DNA of 32,000 nucleotides from Moraxella nasicaprae (GCF_025643275.1 NZ_CP089977.1:360001-392000); one strand, 5' to 3'; positions 1-9,894 are shown, counted from the stretch's first letter. Numbers and translations: made by a program. Notes: generated by a model from the sequence alone, not told the origin.

Positions 1-65
1 AATAAAGCAAAAGATAAGCCCACTTGCCCACCGCCAACAATCAACACATGATTTGGGTTATTCAT
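1..65 (-). CDS. N-terminal fragment of an FAD-dependent monooxygenase (UbiH/UbiF/VisC-like); runs off the window
   Basis: Reverse complement of 1-65 reads MNNPNHVLIVGGGQVGLSFAL, a GxGxxG dinucleotide-binding N-terminus. Only 21 codons are visible, so the family call is tentative. Confidence 0.4.
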   Translation of the reverse strand, partial: MNNPNHVLIVGGGQVGLSFAL

Positions 66-213
66 AATCAGTCCAATGTCATCAGTCTCATAGATAATCG
101 GCTAATTTTAGCAGATTTTTGGTAAATTTGATATGAATGCATCAAGCGTATTCTAAAAGAACGATAAATCAAGTACAATAAATTCCATCACCCATTGTAT
201 TAAGTGTCCGATT

Positions 214-1386
214 ATGAACAAGCAACCAAGCCTCTTAGAACGACTGACCATCGCCATGATTGGTTTTTTTGCCTTTTTACAAGTGTATTCAGTACAGGCG
301 ATTTTGCCCGTATTGCAGTCTGATTTACACGCCAGTGAAGTTCAGATTGGCATGGCAGTTGGTGCAACAGTGCTTGCCATTGCTCTGATTTCACCATTCA
401 TTGGTATGCTTTCTGATGCCTTTGGACGCAAGCGATTCATTGTCGGTTCGCTGTTTTTATTGGCGTTACCAACGGCGATGATTGGCTTTGGGCATACCGT
501 TGATGAGTTGATTTTTTGGCGATTTTTACAAGGGCTGAGCATTCCTGGTATCACGGTTGTGCTGATTGCCTACATCAGCGAAGAATACAAAGACAGCCTG
601 ACCGCCATGATGTCTTTGTATGTCTCTGGTACGGTACTAGGTGGATTTAGTGGACGATTTTTTGCAGGCTATTTGGAACATTTTATCGGCTGGCGTTATG
701 GCTATTTGGCGATGGCAGGCTTGACGCTCATTGGGGCGGTGTGGGTGCTAAACAGTCTGCCCACCTCACGGCATTTTGTGGTGAGCGAAAACTTCAAATC
801 CGCTTTTGCCACGCTCATCAGCCACACCAAAAATCCCCATGTCATCAGCAGCTGTGTGCTTGGTGGCTGTGTGCTGTTTTCTTTGGTGGGTTGTTTTACT
901 TTCATCAATCTGCATTTGGCAGACGCTCCCTATCAACTCTCCACCGCACAGCTTGCCAATATTTTTTCTATTTATTTGATTGGCATGGCAATCACACCTT
1001 TGACCACACAACTGATTGCTCGTGCTGGCATGGTTAAAACCATCATGCTTGCCATCAGCCTATCCGTCATTGGCATCATACTGACGCTTAGCACGCCTTT
1101 ATCTTTGGTCATCGTTGGTTTAACTTTAATGTCATCAGGCGTATTCATCACTCAGTCAGCAACCATCAGTTATCTGACCAGTCATGTCAATCAAGGTCGT
1201 TCGCTGGCATCAGGCTTATACTATTTTAGCTACTATGGTGGCGGTTTTATTGGTGCTTATGGCTGTGCCATCGCCTATCAAATGGGAGCTTGGAATGGCA
1301 CAGTTGTGTTGATTTTGATATTGCAACTGATGGCCTTGATGATTGCTTGGTTTTTTATGCACCAAAAAACCCAATCTGCCCATTAG
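214..1386 (+). CDS. MFS transporter, YnfM-like
   Basis: 390-aa ORF, highly hydrophobic and consistent with about 12 TM segments. N-terminal YSVQAILPVLQSDL and MLSDAFGRKR (MFS loop 2-3 motif) resemble the YnfM subfamily. Confidence 0.8.
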   Translation: MNKQPSLLERLTIAMIGFFAFLQVYSVQAILPVLQSDLHASEVQIGMAVGATVLAIALISPFIGMLSDAFGRKRFIVGSLFLLALPTAMIGFGHTVDELIFWRFLQGLSIPGITVVLIAYISEEYKDSLTAMMSLYVSGTVLGGFSGRFFAGYLEHFIGWRYGYLAMAGLTLIGAVWVLNSLPTSRHFVVSENFKSAFATLISHTKNPHVISSCVLGGCVLFSLVGCFTFINLHLADAPYQLSTAQLANIFSIYLIGMAITPLTTQLIARAGMVKTIMLAISLSVIGIILTLSTPLSLVIVGLTLMSSGVFITQSATISYLTSHVNQGRSLASGLYYFSYYGGGFIGAYGCAIAYQMGAWNGTVVLILILQLMALMIAWFFMHQKTQSAH

Positions 1387-1434
1387 CCAAGCCCCACCAG
1401 ACCACCACATCACACCAAGCCAACCACCCGTGTC

Positions 1435-1471
1435 AAAAAACCGCTCAATGTTAACATTGAGCGGTTTTTTT
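1435..1471. terminator. Bidirectional rho-independent terminator between the MFS gene and rep
   Basis: Perfect palindrome ccgctcaatgtt/aacattgagcgg (1441-1464), flanked by an A-run (1435-1440) and a T-run (1465-1471). Confidence 0.75.
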
Positions 1472-1472
1472 A

Positions 1473-3503
1473 TCAGCGTTTTTTGGCATCAAGCATCGCT
1501 TGGATATTGCTTAGATAATTTTCTGCCACTTTCTTTGGGTCTGACTTTGGTCGTCTGTCTGGATATTGTACATATTCCTCAGGCATTTCGTCCAAAAAAC
1601 GAGAAGGTGTTGAATGCTTCATATCTTTACCAACTTTGTACTTTTTGGGGTATAGCACCGTCAGCTCTTTTTTGGCACGAGTGATGCCCACATACATCAG
1701 TCGTCTTTCTTCTTCGACACCATTATCGTTAATCATGGCATTTTTGTGTGGCAGGATTTCTTCTCTAGCACCAATGATGTACACAAAATCAAACTCCAAA
1801 CCTTTGGCAGCGTGCAGCGTCATGAGGCTAACCTTATTCGTATCGCTCTCCTCTCGCTCCTGATCTAGCATATCTAGCAAAATCAGCTTGCGAATGACCG
1901 CATCAATCGTTTTCTCATCATCAGTTTCAGCACGCTCAATCAAGGCAGAAATACTTCTATAAAGCATGTCAATATTATCCAGTCGAGCCTTTTCTTGATG
2001 AGGGTTTTTGGCATCTGATTTGATGTAATCGACATACCCAGTTTCTATAATCATTTGCTTGACTGTCGGGATTGGCTCAGGATTGTCATGCAATTCACGA
2101 GTATAATGCTCAACAAATCTGGCAAAGTCATACAAGGTATTGCCAGCCTTATTACCCAAAGCGGATTTTAGATGATTATGCGAGCAGGCAGATAATAACG
2201 ATAATCCATGCTCTTGGGCAAATAATCCCAATTTTTCAAGAGCAACCGAACCCAAGCCTCGTCTTGGTGTGTTAATCACTCGCAAAAATGCTGCATCATC
2301 ATCAGGATTGATGATTAGACGCAAATAGCCCATCACATCTTTAATCTCGGTGCGTGAAAACATCGAAACACCGCCAGATATTTGGTAAGGCACATTATAC
2401 TCTCGCAATGAAACCTCCACAGCCCGAGATAAAAAATTACTGCGATACAGCACAGCGTATTGCTCCCAGCTGTGGTTGTTTCGCATTTTATGCACCAAAA
2501 TATCTCTGACCGCCCGTTCAGCTTCTTCAAATTCATCATTCGTGGCAATCACACGGATTTTCTCCCCTTGCCCCTTATCCGACCAAAGCTGTTTTTCAAA
2601 CAGATGCGAATTATTAGCAATCACGGAGTTGGCAGCGTGCAAAATGCTGTTGGTAGAGCGGTAGTTTTGTTCTAACTTAACCACCGTCAATGCAGGAAAA
2701 TCCTGTTTTAATAACGCCATATTTTCAGGTTTTGCACCACGCCATTCATAGATGGACTGGTCATCATCGCCCACCACCGTAAAGCGAGACTGAACCCCCA
2801 CCAACAGCTTAATCATCTCATACTGTGCAGTATTGGTGTCTTGGTACTCGTCCACCAGCAAATAGCGAATGCGATTTTGCCATTTTTCACGCACCTCCCA
2901 GTTTTCTCTTAAAATCTTGACAGGCATCACAATCAAATCATCAAAATCAACCGCATTATACGCCCTAAGATTTCTTTCGTACAAAGCATACAAATGGGCA
3001 AATTGCTGGTCTTCTGGGTCTTGTACGGTTTGCAAGGCATCATCAGGGTCAATCAAATCATTCTTCCAGTCACTGATGAGCTGTATCGCCTTGGTCACAA
3101 AAAGACGATTATCAGTACCGCTAATGTTATCTCGCACCATCAAATCCAGCAACAGTCGCTTCGAATCATCGCTATCCATGATGCTAAAATTTGACTTCAA
3201 TGAGGTGTGTTTTAGTTCGGCTCGAATGAGTTGTAAGCCAAACTGATGGAAAGTTGAGACCGTCAAGCCACGAGTTTTATCGGCTGGCAATAATTTTTGG
3301 ACACGAGACTTCATCTCACGAGCCGCCTTATTGGTAAAAGTAACCGCTGTAATGCGTTCGGCTGGAATGTTGCAATTCTCAATCAAATGGGCGATTTTTT
3401 GGGTGATGACCGATGTTTTGCCCGAACCTGCCCCTGCCAAAACCAACAAAGGCCCTGAAATATGAACCATCGCTTCATGCTGTCTGGGATTGAGTTTGCT
3501 CAT
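1473..3503 (-). CDS. rep: ATP-dependent DNA helicase Rep (UvrD/Rep superfamily 1)
   Basis: MSKLNPRQHEAM..LLVLAGAGSGKTS (Walker A), LLVDEYQDTN (motif II), VGDDDQSIYEWRGA, TLHAAKGLEF, YVGITRA. Start moved to the ATG at 3503 (676 aa, Rep-sized); the 35 upstream codons of the ORF-track version have no helicase similarity. Confidence 0.85.
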   Translation of the reverse strand: MSKLNPRQHEAMVHISGPLLVLAGAGSGKTSVITQKIAHLIENCNIPAERITAVTFTNKAAREMKSRVQKLLPADKTRGLTVSTFHQFGLQLIRAELKHTSLKSNFSIMDSDDSKRLLLDLMVRDNISGTDNRLFVTKAIQLISDWKNDLIDPDDALQTVQDPEDQQFAHLYALYERNLRAYNAVDFDDLIVMPVKILRENWEVREKWQNRIRYLLVDEYQDTNTAQYEMIKLLVGVQSRFTVVGDDDQSIYEWRGAKPENMALLKQDFPALTVVKLEQNYRSTNSILHAANSVIANNSHLFEKQLWSDKGQGEKIRVIATNDEFEEAERAVRDILVHKMRNNHSWEQYAVLYRSNFLSRAVEVSLREYNVPYQISGGVSMFSRTEIKDVMGYLRLIINPDDDAAFLRVINTPRRGLGSVALEKLGLFAQEHGLSLLSACSHNHLKSALGNKAGNTLYDFARFVEHYTRELHDNPEPIPTVKQMIIETGYVDYIKSDAKNPHQEKARLDNIDMLYRSISALIERAETDDEKTIDAVIRKLILLDMLDQEREESDTNKVSLMTLHAAKGLEFDFVYIIGAREEILPHKNAMINDNGVEEERRLMYVGITRAKKELTVLYPKKYKVGKDMKHSTPSRFLDEMPEEYVQYPDRRPKSDPKKVAENYLSNIQAMLDAKKR

Positions 3504-3592
3504 TGTTTTTACTCTTATTTTGCTGTACAAATCAGATAGGATTAAGGGTTTTTCTTGGGAATTTTGGTGATTGGCAAGAAATGATTTTTGCC

Positions 3593-3619
3593 AAAAAAAT
3601 CCCATCAAGCGATGGGATT
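3593..3619 (-). terminator. Rho-independent terminator after ispB
   Basis: Minus strand reads aatcccatc-gctt-gatgggatt followed by a T-run. Confidence 0.6.
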
Positions 3620-3632
3620 GCTGATAATGACA

Positions 3633-4625
3633 CTACACCAAGCGACTGCTGGCAAGGGTGGTTAATTGATACAATCCATCACGGTATTGGTTGGCAGGTA
3701 GTTGCTCTAATGCCTGCTGTGCCAGCGTGGTCTCCTGCAATGCTCGCTGCTTACAATAATCCAACGCACCACACTCACGCACCATATCAATGAGCTTGGC
3801 AGGATTGTCCACCTTGCCCGTCTGCACCGCAATGCGTAGCGTGTCATAATCAGGCGAATGGTTATTTTTTAGGATTTCTAGGGTCTTGATGATGGGCAAA
3901 GTTGGCTTACCTTCTGCCAAATCATCGCCCAGATTTTTGCCCATCACAGCAGCATCGCCCACAAAATCAAGCACATCATCAATCATCTGAAAAGCATTAC
4001 CAAAATGATAAGCAAAATCGCCAAGCGGTGCTAACAACTCATCTCTACCCTGCAAAATCGCAGCCCCTTTGGTCGCCATCATAAACAGGCGAGAAGTCTT
4101 GCCATCAATGATTTGCAAATAATCTTCTTCGGTGGTTTGTGGATTGTGCTGATGTTGTAATTGAAGCACTTCCCCTTCGGCAATATCACAAGTACCATCA
4201 GAAAATAGCTTTAATAAAGGCAAATTATTAAAGCCCACCAACAGGTTAAAAGAACGAGCAATCAAATAATCGCCCACCAGTACCGCTGTGGCATTATCCC
4301 AAGTGGCATTGGCAGTTGGACGACCACGACGCAACCCAGACGCATCAATCACATCATCATGCACCAAAGTGGCGGTATGCAACATCTCAGTAATGGCTGC
4401 CAACTGCATTGCTTGTTCGCTTTGGGTGTCGTTTAGCATGCGTGCGGTCAAGAGCGTGATGAGTGGTCGCATTCTTTTACCACCAGCATCAATCACATGC
4501 TTAGAGACACTCATCACCAGTTGCACTTTTGAATTTAGACTGCCAAATACTTGCTTATCCATAATCGCAAAATCATCAGCCACGATGGCTTGAATGTCGG
4601 CATAAGTTGGGTGTGTTGTGGTCAT
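3633..4625 (-). CDS. ispB: Octaprenyl-diphosphate synthase (trans-polyprenyl diphosphate synthase)
   Basis: 330 aa with both aspartate-rich motifs, LVHDDVIDASGLRRG (FARM) and FQMIDDVLD (SARM). Length and layout match IspB. Confidence 0.85.
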   Translation of the reverse strand: MTTTHPTYADIQAIVADDFAIMDKQVFGSLNSKVQLVMSVSKHVIDAGGKRMRPLITLLTARMLNDTQSEQAMQLAAITEMLHTATLVHDDVIDASGLRRGRPTANATWDNATAVLVGDYLIARSFNLLVGFNNLPLLKLFSDGTCDIAEGEVLQLQHQHNPQTTEEDYLQIIDGKTSRLFMMATKGAAILQGRDELLAPLGDFAYHFGNAFQMIDDVLDFVGDAAVMGKNLGDDLAEGKPTLPIIKTLEILKNNHSPDYDTLRIAVQTGKVDNPAKLIDMVRECGALDYCKQRALQETTLAQQALEQLPANQYRDGLYQLTTLASSRLV

Positions 4626-4876
4626 TTTGTTCTGATAATCCTAAACCATGTTACTGGGCAAGCCAGCTTTGCTTTTTAAAATTCGCCTATCATATCATAC
4701 CTAAGAGTTTTCTTAAAGTCTTGACCCGTCAAATCCTGCCATTTGCATCATTGCAAACCATTAGTTTGGCTGATTGCTGATATTTTTCATGTAAACAACT
4801 GTTTTTTTGGCTTGTAAAGTTTGGTAAGTCAAGGCATAATAACACCATTTATTTTATTGTGCTGATGGTGCCAACT

Positions 4877-4904
4877 TTGACACATCACGATACACGCTTA
4901 TGAT
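4877..4904 (+). promoter_or_regulatory. Candidate sigma70 promoter for the DAHP synthase gene
   Basis: TTGACA (4877-4882), 16-nt spacer, TATGAT (4899-4904), about 70 nt upstream of the ATG at 4976. A weaker TTGTAA-17-CATAAT lies at 4812-4840. Confidence 0.35.
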
Positions 4905-4975
4905 GATTGTATCTATTGAACAAAATTAGCCAGCATATTTAGCACAGATTGATTTTTTTAGGCAAGGGGGAAGCG

Positions 4976-6058
4976 ATGAGCCAAACCATTACCCACAATC
5001 CAGACATTGATGACGTGAATATCGAAAAATTTATCCCGTTGGTTACGCCAAGTGCTTTAAAAACAGAATTTCCATTATCTGACGCTGCCAGCAAGACTGT
5101 GTTAGAAGGTCGTCAGGCAATCCAAAATATCCTAGATGGCATCGATAAGCGAATCTTGGTGGTCGTTGGACCTTGCTCCATTCATGATGTCAAGGCAGCT
5201 CATGAATATGCCGATCGCCTTAAACTGCTCGCTCACGAGCTTAAAGACGAACTATTCATCGTCATGCGAGTTTATTTTGAAAAACCACGCACCACCACAG
5301 GCTGGAAAGGGCTAATCAACGACCCTGACATGGACGATAGTTTTGACATCGAAAAAGGGTTGCGTATCGCCAGAAAGCTGCTTCTGGAACTCAACGAAAA
5401 AGGTCTGCCCTGTGCCACCGAAGCCCTAGACCCTAATACACCACAGTATATCCAAGATTTAATCAGCTGGTCAGCCATCGGTGCTAGAACCACCGAATCA
5501 CAGACGCACCGTGAGATGAGTTCTGGCTTATCCTGTCCTGTTGGTTTTAAAAATGGTACTGATGGCTCAATGACGGTGGCAGTCAATGCCATGCAAGCGG
5601 TACAATCAGGACATAGCTTTTTGGGTTTATCGCTCGATGGTCAGGTATGTATCATTCAGTCTAAGGGCAATAAATACGCCCATGTCGTCCTGCGTGGTGG
5701 CAACGACCAGCCTAACTATGACGAAACCGCCATTGCCGCTGCTGAAAATGAACTTGCCAAAGGAAAAACCAATGGCAAAATCATGGTCGATGCCAGCCAC
5801 GCCAACTCTGGCAAAGACCCTTACCTACAACCCATGGTCATCGCCAACATCGCCACCCAAATCCAAAATGGCAACAAATCCATCATGGGTCTGATGATAG
5901 AAAGCCACCTAAAAGGCGGTCGTCAAAACATTCCTGCCGACCTATCGGAACTAGAATATGGCAAATCTGTGACAGATGGCTGTCTGGACTGGGATAAGAC
6001 GGTTGAGACTTTGCGTAGTTTTGCCAAAGCGGTCAAAGAACACCTGCCAAATCGTTGA
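4976..6058 (+). CDS. aroG: 3-deoxy-7-phosphoheptulonate (DAHP) synthase, class I alpha
   Basis: GPCSIHD, VMRVYFEKPRTTTGWKGLINDP, IGARTTESQTHRE and CPVGFKNGTDG align along the whole length with E. coli AroG/F/H. The isozyme (feedback specificity) cannot be determined from sequence alone. Start chosen at the ATG at 4976, preceded by aaggggga. Confidence 0.9.
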   Translation: MSQTITHNPDIDDVNIEKFIPLVTPSALKTEFPLSDAASKTVLEGRQAIQNILDGIDKRILVVVGPCSIHDVKAAHEYADRLKLLAHELKDELFIVMRVYFEKPRTTTGWKGLINDPDMDDSFDIEKGLRIARKLLLELNEKGLPCATEALDPNTPQYIQDLISWSAIGARTTESQTHREMSSGLSCPVGFKNGTDGSMTVAVNAMQAVQSGHSFLGLSLDGQVCIIQSKGNKYAHVVLRGGNDQPNYDETAIAAAENELAKGKTNGKIMVDASHANSGKDPYLQPMVIANIATQIQNGNKSIMGLMIESHLKGGRQNIPADLSELEYGKSVTDGCLDWDKTVETLRSFAKAVKEHLPNR

Positions 6059-6062
6059 TGAT

Positions 6063-6096
6063 AAAAAAACCGCTTGAAGTTTCTGGCGGTTTTTTC
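6063..6096 (+). terminator. Rho-independent terminator after the DAHP synthase gene
   Basis: aaaaaaaccgc-ttgaagtttctg-gcggtttttt. Confidence 0.7.
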
Positions 6097-6102
6097 TTAG
6101 AG

Positions 6103-6855
6103 ATGACAAATAGCCAACCAAACAGTTTTGAGTCAAACATGAGCAATCCAAGTTTTAAAGATTTATTATCCAAAGAATTTAGACAAGATTTAAAAAACCT
6201 TGCCAAGCCCACCAAGTCAGAACACGGCATTGGCAAACCTGAACAAAATGTCAATCTGCCAAATGCCAAGCAAGTGGCTGGTGAGGTCAAGCGATTTAAT
6301 CACGCCCAAGTGGACGAAGATAAAGTGCTGTTCATGCAAGCAATGCAAGGTGTTGCACCACTAAAAACAGACAGCGTCATACACCATCGCCCCATCAAGG
6401 CAGACGAAAACGCCCTACGCCGCCGTGCTGCTGCCGAAGGGCCAGAAGAAATCTTGGGAGCAACCTTATCAGACATGCAAGCCTTGCTCAATCCTGTGTC
6501 TGGCGAAGCCTATTTATCCTACAAAAATCCCACACTACAAAATAAAGTCTTTGAACAACTCAAACAAGGCAAGCTACGCTGGTACGATGCGGTTGATTTG
6601 CACGGTTCAAGCATCGAAGACGCTCGGTCAGCTGTCCAACTGCTAATTCATCAAGCCCTGCAAAATGGCGAAACTGTCGTCAAAATCGTACATGGCAAAG
6701 GCAAAGAAGCCATCATCAAGACCTGCGTCAATGGTTGGCTGCGTCAAATCAGCGATGTGATGGCGTTCGTCTCCGCCCCTGCCAATGATGGCGGTAATGG
6801 TGCAGTATTGGTATTGCTAAAACGCAAAACCCTCACCAAAAATGACACCAATTAA
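6103..6855 (+). CDS. smrB: Smr-domain endonuclease, SmrB-like
   Basis: DEDKVLFMQAMQGVAPLKTDSVIHHRP parallels the E. coli SmrB N-terminal hook. C-terminal Smr domain: VDLHGSSIEDARSAV...VKIVHGKG...GGNGAVLVLL. The ORF-track start at 6055 lies inside the preceding terminator, so the ATG at 6103 (or 6139) is preferred. Confidence 0.7.
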   Translation: MTNSQPNSFESNMSNPSFKDLLSKEFRQDLKNLAKPTKSEHGIGKPEQNVNLPNAKQVAGEVKRFNHAQVDEDKVLFMQAMQGVAPLKTDSVIHHRPIKADENALRRRAAAEGPEEILGATLSDMQALLNPVSGEAYLSYKNPTLQNKVFEQLKQGKLRWYDAVDLHGSSIEDARSAVQLLIHQALQNGETVVKIVHGKGKEAIIKTCVNGWLRQISDVMAFVSAPANDGGNGAVLVLLKRKTLTKNDTN

Positions 6856-6910
6856 AAAAACACCGCCAAACTTAGGCTAACCAAGGTTAGCATTCGGCTT
6901 GGCGGTGTTA
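6854..6910. terminator. Two-tier hairpin between convergent smrB and tatD
   Basis: Outer stem acaccgccaa (6860-6869) / ttggcggtgt (6899-6908) and inner stem gctaacc/ggttagc. There is an A-run on the left side; the T-run on the right is poor. Confidence 0.5.
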
Positions 6911-6921
6911 TGATGAGATAA

Positions 6922-7719
6922 TCACGCCTTGATGACAGGCTTCACCTGATTGAGTAGATTGATAAAATTTTGGCTACTGATTTGCCCAATCTCTTCGGCT
7001 GTCTTGCCATAGACTGCCGCCAATGCTTGTGCCACATAAGGCACATAGCTTGGTTCATTATCCTTGCCACGCTTTGGTACGGGGGCAAGATAAGGACTGT
7101 CTGTTTCAATCAATAAACGGTCAAGGGGTAGTTTTTTGGCAACCTCTCTAAGCTGTTGAGATTTATTAAAACTGACAATGCCTGATAAAGAAATATACAA
7201 TCCCATGTCCAATGCTGCTTTGGCAAAAGCGTCATCTTCGGTGAAACAATGAATGATGCCATGTTCGCATTTTTCTGCTTTTAACAAATCCAAAGTATCA
7301 TCATACGCACTGCGAGTATGCACCACGATGGGTTTGCCCGCCTGCTTGGCAGCCTCGATGTGGGTGGCAAAACTGTGTTTTTGGGCGGCTTTTTTGGTGT
7401 CGTCCCAATGATAATCCAGCCCTGTTTCGCCAAACGCCCATACTTTATCGCCATCATAAGAAAGCAGTTTTTCGACACAGATTGATGATAGTGTCTGCTC
7501 ATCTTGGCAAGGGTGCAGACCTACGCTCATGCCAATATCCACCGCTGCCGTCTGCTCGCCAAGCCTAACCCACTGGGCAATCGGTTCGTATTCATCTAGG
7601 CGACACATGATTGCCATCGCACGAGAGACTTTCGCCTCTTGCATACGCTGCAAAAGCTGGCTTGGGTTGTCTTTGTAGTTATCCAAATAAATCAAATGGC
7701 AATGGCTGTCGGTGTACAT
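6922..7719 (-). CDS. TatD-family metal-dependent hydrolase/DNase
   Basis: MYTDSHCHL (HxH metal site), GETGLDYHW, VHTR, IIHCF and ETDSPYL are canonical TatD/YcfH motifs. The ATG at 7719 is preferred over the GTG at 7728. Confidence 0.85.
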   Translation of the reverse strand: MYTDSHCHLIYLDNYKDNPSQLLQRMQEAKVSRAMAIMCRLDEYEPIAQWVRLGEQTAAVDIGMSVGLHPCQDEQTLSSICVEKLLSYDGDKVWAFGETGLDYHWDDTKKAAQKHSFATHIEAAKQAGKPIVVHTRSAYDDTLDLLKAEKCEHGIIHCFTEDDAFAKAALDMGLYISLSGIVSFNKSQQLREVAKKLPLDRLLIETDSPYLAPVPKRGKDNEPSYVPYVAQALAAVYGKTAEEIGQISSQNFINLLNQVKPVIKA

Positions 7720-7949
7720 CGTTATCACTCAGTTATTTTTTTAATGGCATGACAAACGCCCAAGATGGATTGGCACGCTTGTTGTTTTGCTTATTATAAT
7801 ACAAACCATCATTGAATGGAAAATACAAACGCACTTTGACCCTATTGGACACACCCAAAAAAACCAACATGGCGGCTTTCACCTAAAAAATAATTCATCA
7901 TCAATAGAAAATATTTCATTAAAATTGACGATGTAACAAATTATTTCCA

Positions 7950-7958
7950 TGTTATAAT
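7950..7958 (+). promoter_or_regulatory. Extended -10 element TGTTATAAT upstream of the TonB-dependent receptor gene
   Basis: Exact TGnTATAAT 68 nt upstream of the ATG at 8026. The same 9-mer recurs upstream of ahcY and metF. Confidence 0.35.
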
Positions 7959-8025
7959 AATGGGCGAAATTCTTAACGGATTTCCACCGATAATTTTTAT
8001 AATTGATAAAAGGTTTGATGTTATT

Positions 8026-9882
8026 ATGTCTTCTATTGCTTTACGCCGTGCCATCATTTTGGCATTAGCCCCAACAAGCATGTTAGCTGCCCATGCCCAA
8101 ACAGGCGAACCAACCACTACGGTCGAGCTTGACCCTGTGGTCGTTACTGTCACCAAGACCCCCACCAAAACCAGCAATCTGGTCGCCCAAACCAAAGTTT
8201 TGACCGCCAAAGAATTGGCACATTATCAAGGTCAAAATCTATTTGATGTCATCAAAAATCAAGCTGGCATCAGCTCATACAATAGTGGTGGCACTGACAA
8301 AGCCAGCAATTTTTATATGCGTGGTTTTGACAGCAAAGGTGTCTTAGTCATCATCGATGGTATGCGTTATGGCAGTTTGACCACAGGTCAGCCAGCACTT
8401 GGGCTACTTTCCGCCAACGAAGTGGAGCGAGTAGAAATCCTATACGGTGCATCGGGTTCTAGCGTCTATGGTGCAAATGCGATGGGCGGTGTAATCCAAG
8501 TCTTTACCAAAAAAGGCAGTGCTGATGGCTCAAAAATCGCTCTCACAGTCGGAGCAGGTTCACACGACAGTTTTAATTATGGCATTAGTGCAGGATTTGC
8601 AAACGAAAACACCAAGCTAAATCTATCTGCCAATCACAGCGAAAGCGATGGCATTAACACCATCGTTACCCCATATCACGCCCAAAGCCGTGATGAAGAT
8701 GGTTTTGAACGCCAAAGTGCCAGCCTAGCCCTAAGCCATCGTGCTGGTCAGTTTGAAGCTGGTCTAAACGCCCTAGCCAGTAAAGCCGATGTCGAATACG
8801 ATAACACTTGGTCAGACCAAAGCGACATTCGTGATAAGCAAAAAGGCGGTGCGGTAAGCATCTATGGCACTTATCATTATGGCAATGGCAGTGATGTCAA
8901 AGTGCAATATGGCGAATCTTTGGACGAAAGCAAAAACTTTGCTGGGGCAACCATGACGGGTGAATATCAAAGCCGTCAAAAACAAGCCAACCTATCTTTG
9001 ACGCACGCCATCGGTGCTGGCAAAATTCTAGCAGGTGCTGAACACCTAAAACAAGAAGTAGAATCAAGCGTGGCATACGCCCAAACCAAGCGAGATAATA
9101 CTGGCGTCTATGTTGGCTATCAAGGCACGCACGACAAACTTGATGCACAAGCCTTTGTTCGCTATGATGATAATTCTTGGTACGGCAAGGACACTACCTA
9201 TAATGCAGGTCTTGCCTATCGCATCACGCCAAATCTACGAGTGGGTGCAAACTATACCACAGGTTTTCGAGCCCCAACCTTCAATGACCTATATTGGCCA
9301 GGTGGTGGTAATCCAGACCTACAACCAGAAACCAGCAAAAACAGTGAAGCCTTTATCGAGCTGACTGGCAATCATCACAAAACTCGTCTGACAGGCTATC
9401 ATAGCGATGTCAAAGACTTGATTGCTGGCTGGCCTGCCAAAAACATCAATAAAGCCAAAATCACAGGAGCGACCATCAGCTCAGATTGGCAGTTTGGTCA
9501 CTATTTGGCTGGTGTCAGCTATGATTATCAAGATGCCAATGATGTTACCCCAAATGCACTTGGCGAAAAAACCAAATCCGACCTAGCATTCCGCCCAGAG
9601 CATAAGGGTACAGCGTATGTAGGCTATGCACACGATGATTTTAATGTCCGTGCTGAATACCAAAAAGTTGGTAGTCATTATGCAGGCAGCAATCATAGCA
9701 GCAAAATGCAAGGCTATGGCTTGCTTAATCTAAGTGGCACATACGAACTAACGCCACACATCAGCATCACACATCGTTTCAATAACATTTTGAACAAAAA
9801 ATACACCACCAACGAAAGTTGGGGTACTCGCTACAATGCTGATGGTGCTAATGTTCACACTTCGGTTACTTTCAAATACTAA
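8026..9882 (+). CDS. TonB-dependent outer-membrane receptor (small BtuB-size class, about 618 aa)
   Basis: Signal peptide MSSIALRRAIILALAPTSMLAAHAQ, TonB-box-like LDPVVVTV, plug-domain motifs NFYMRGFDSKGVLVIIDGMR and VERVEILYGASGSSVYG, beta-barrel ending in an aromatic residue (TFKY). Substrate unknown. Confidence 0.85.
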   Translation: MSSIALRRAIILALAPTSMLAAHAQTGEPTTTVELDPVVVTVTKTPTKTSNLVAQTKVLTAKELAHYQGQNLFDVIKNQAGISSYNSGGTDKASNFYMRGFDSKGVLVIIDGMRYGSLTTGQPALGLLSANEVERVEILYGASGSSVYGANAMGGVIQVFTKKGSADGSKIALTVGAGSHDSFNYGISAGFANENTKLNLSANHSESDGINTIVTPYHAQSRDEDGFERQSASLALSHRAGQFEAGLNALASKADVEYDNTWSDQSDIRDKQKGGAVSIYGTYHYGNGSDVKVQYGESLDESKNFAGATMTGEYQSRQKQANLSLTHAIGAGKILAGAEHLKQEVESSVAYAQTKRDNTGVYVGYQGTHDKLDAQAFVRYDDNSWYGKDTTYNAGLAYRITPNLRVGANYTTGFRAPTFNDLYWPGGGNPDLQPETSKNSEAFIELTGNHHKTRLTGYHSDVKDLIAGWPAKNINKAKITGATISSDWQFGHYLAGVSYDYQDANDVTPNALGEKTKSDLAFRPEHKGTAYVGYAHDDFNVRAEYQKVGSHYAGSNHSSKMQGYGLLNLSGTYELTPHISITHRFNNILNKKYTTNESWGTRYNADGANVHTSVTFKY

Positions 9883-9894
9883 CCCTAAATGTGC

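Noticed and set aside
1343-1684. 113-aa plus-strand ORF spanning the MFS gene 3' end, the terminator and the rep 3' end.
   Set aside because: It crosses a strong bidirectional terminator, is antisense to rep, and has no motifs.
7729-8025. Possible cobalamin riboswitch upstream of the BtuB-like receptor.
   Set aside because: Reading both the leader and its complement, I found no B12-box-like GCCACTG core or the conserved GGAA/CCC elements. It remains formally untested without a covariance model.
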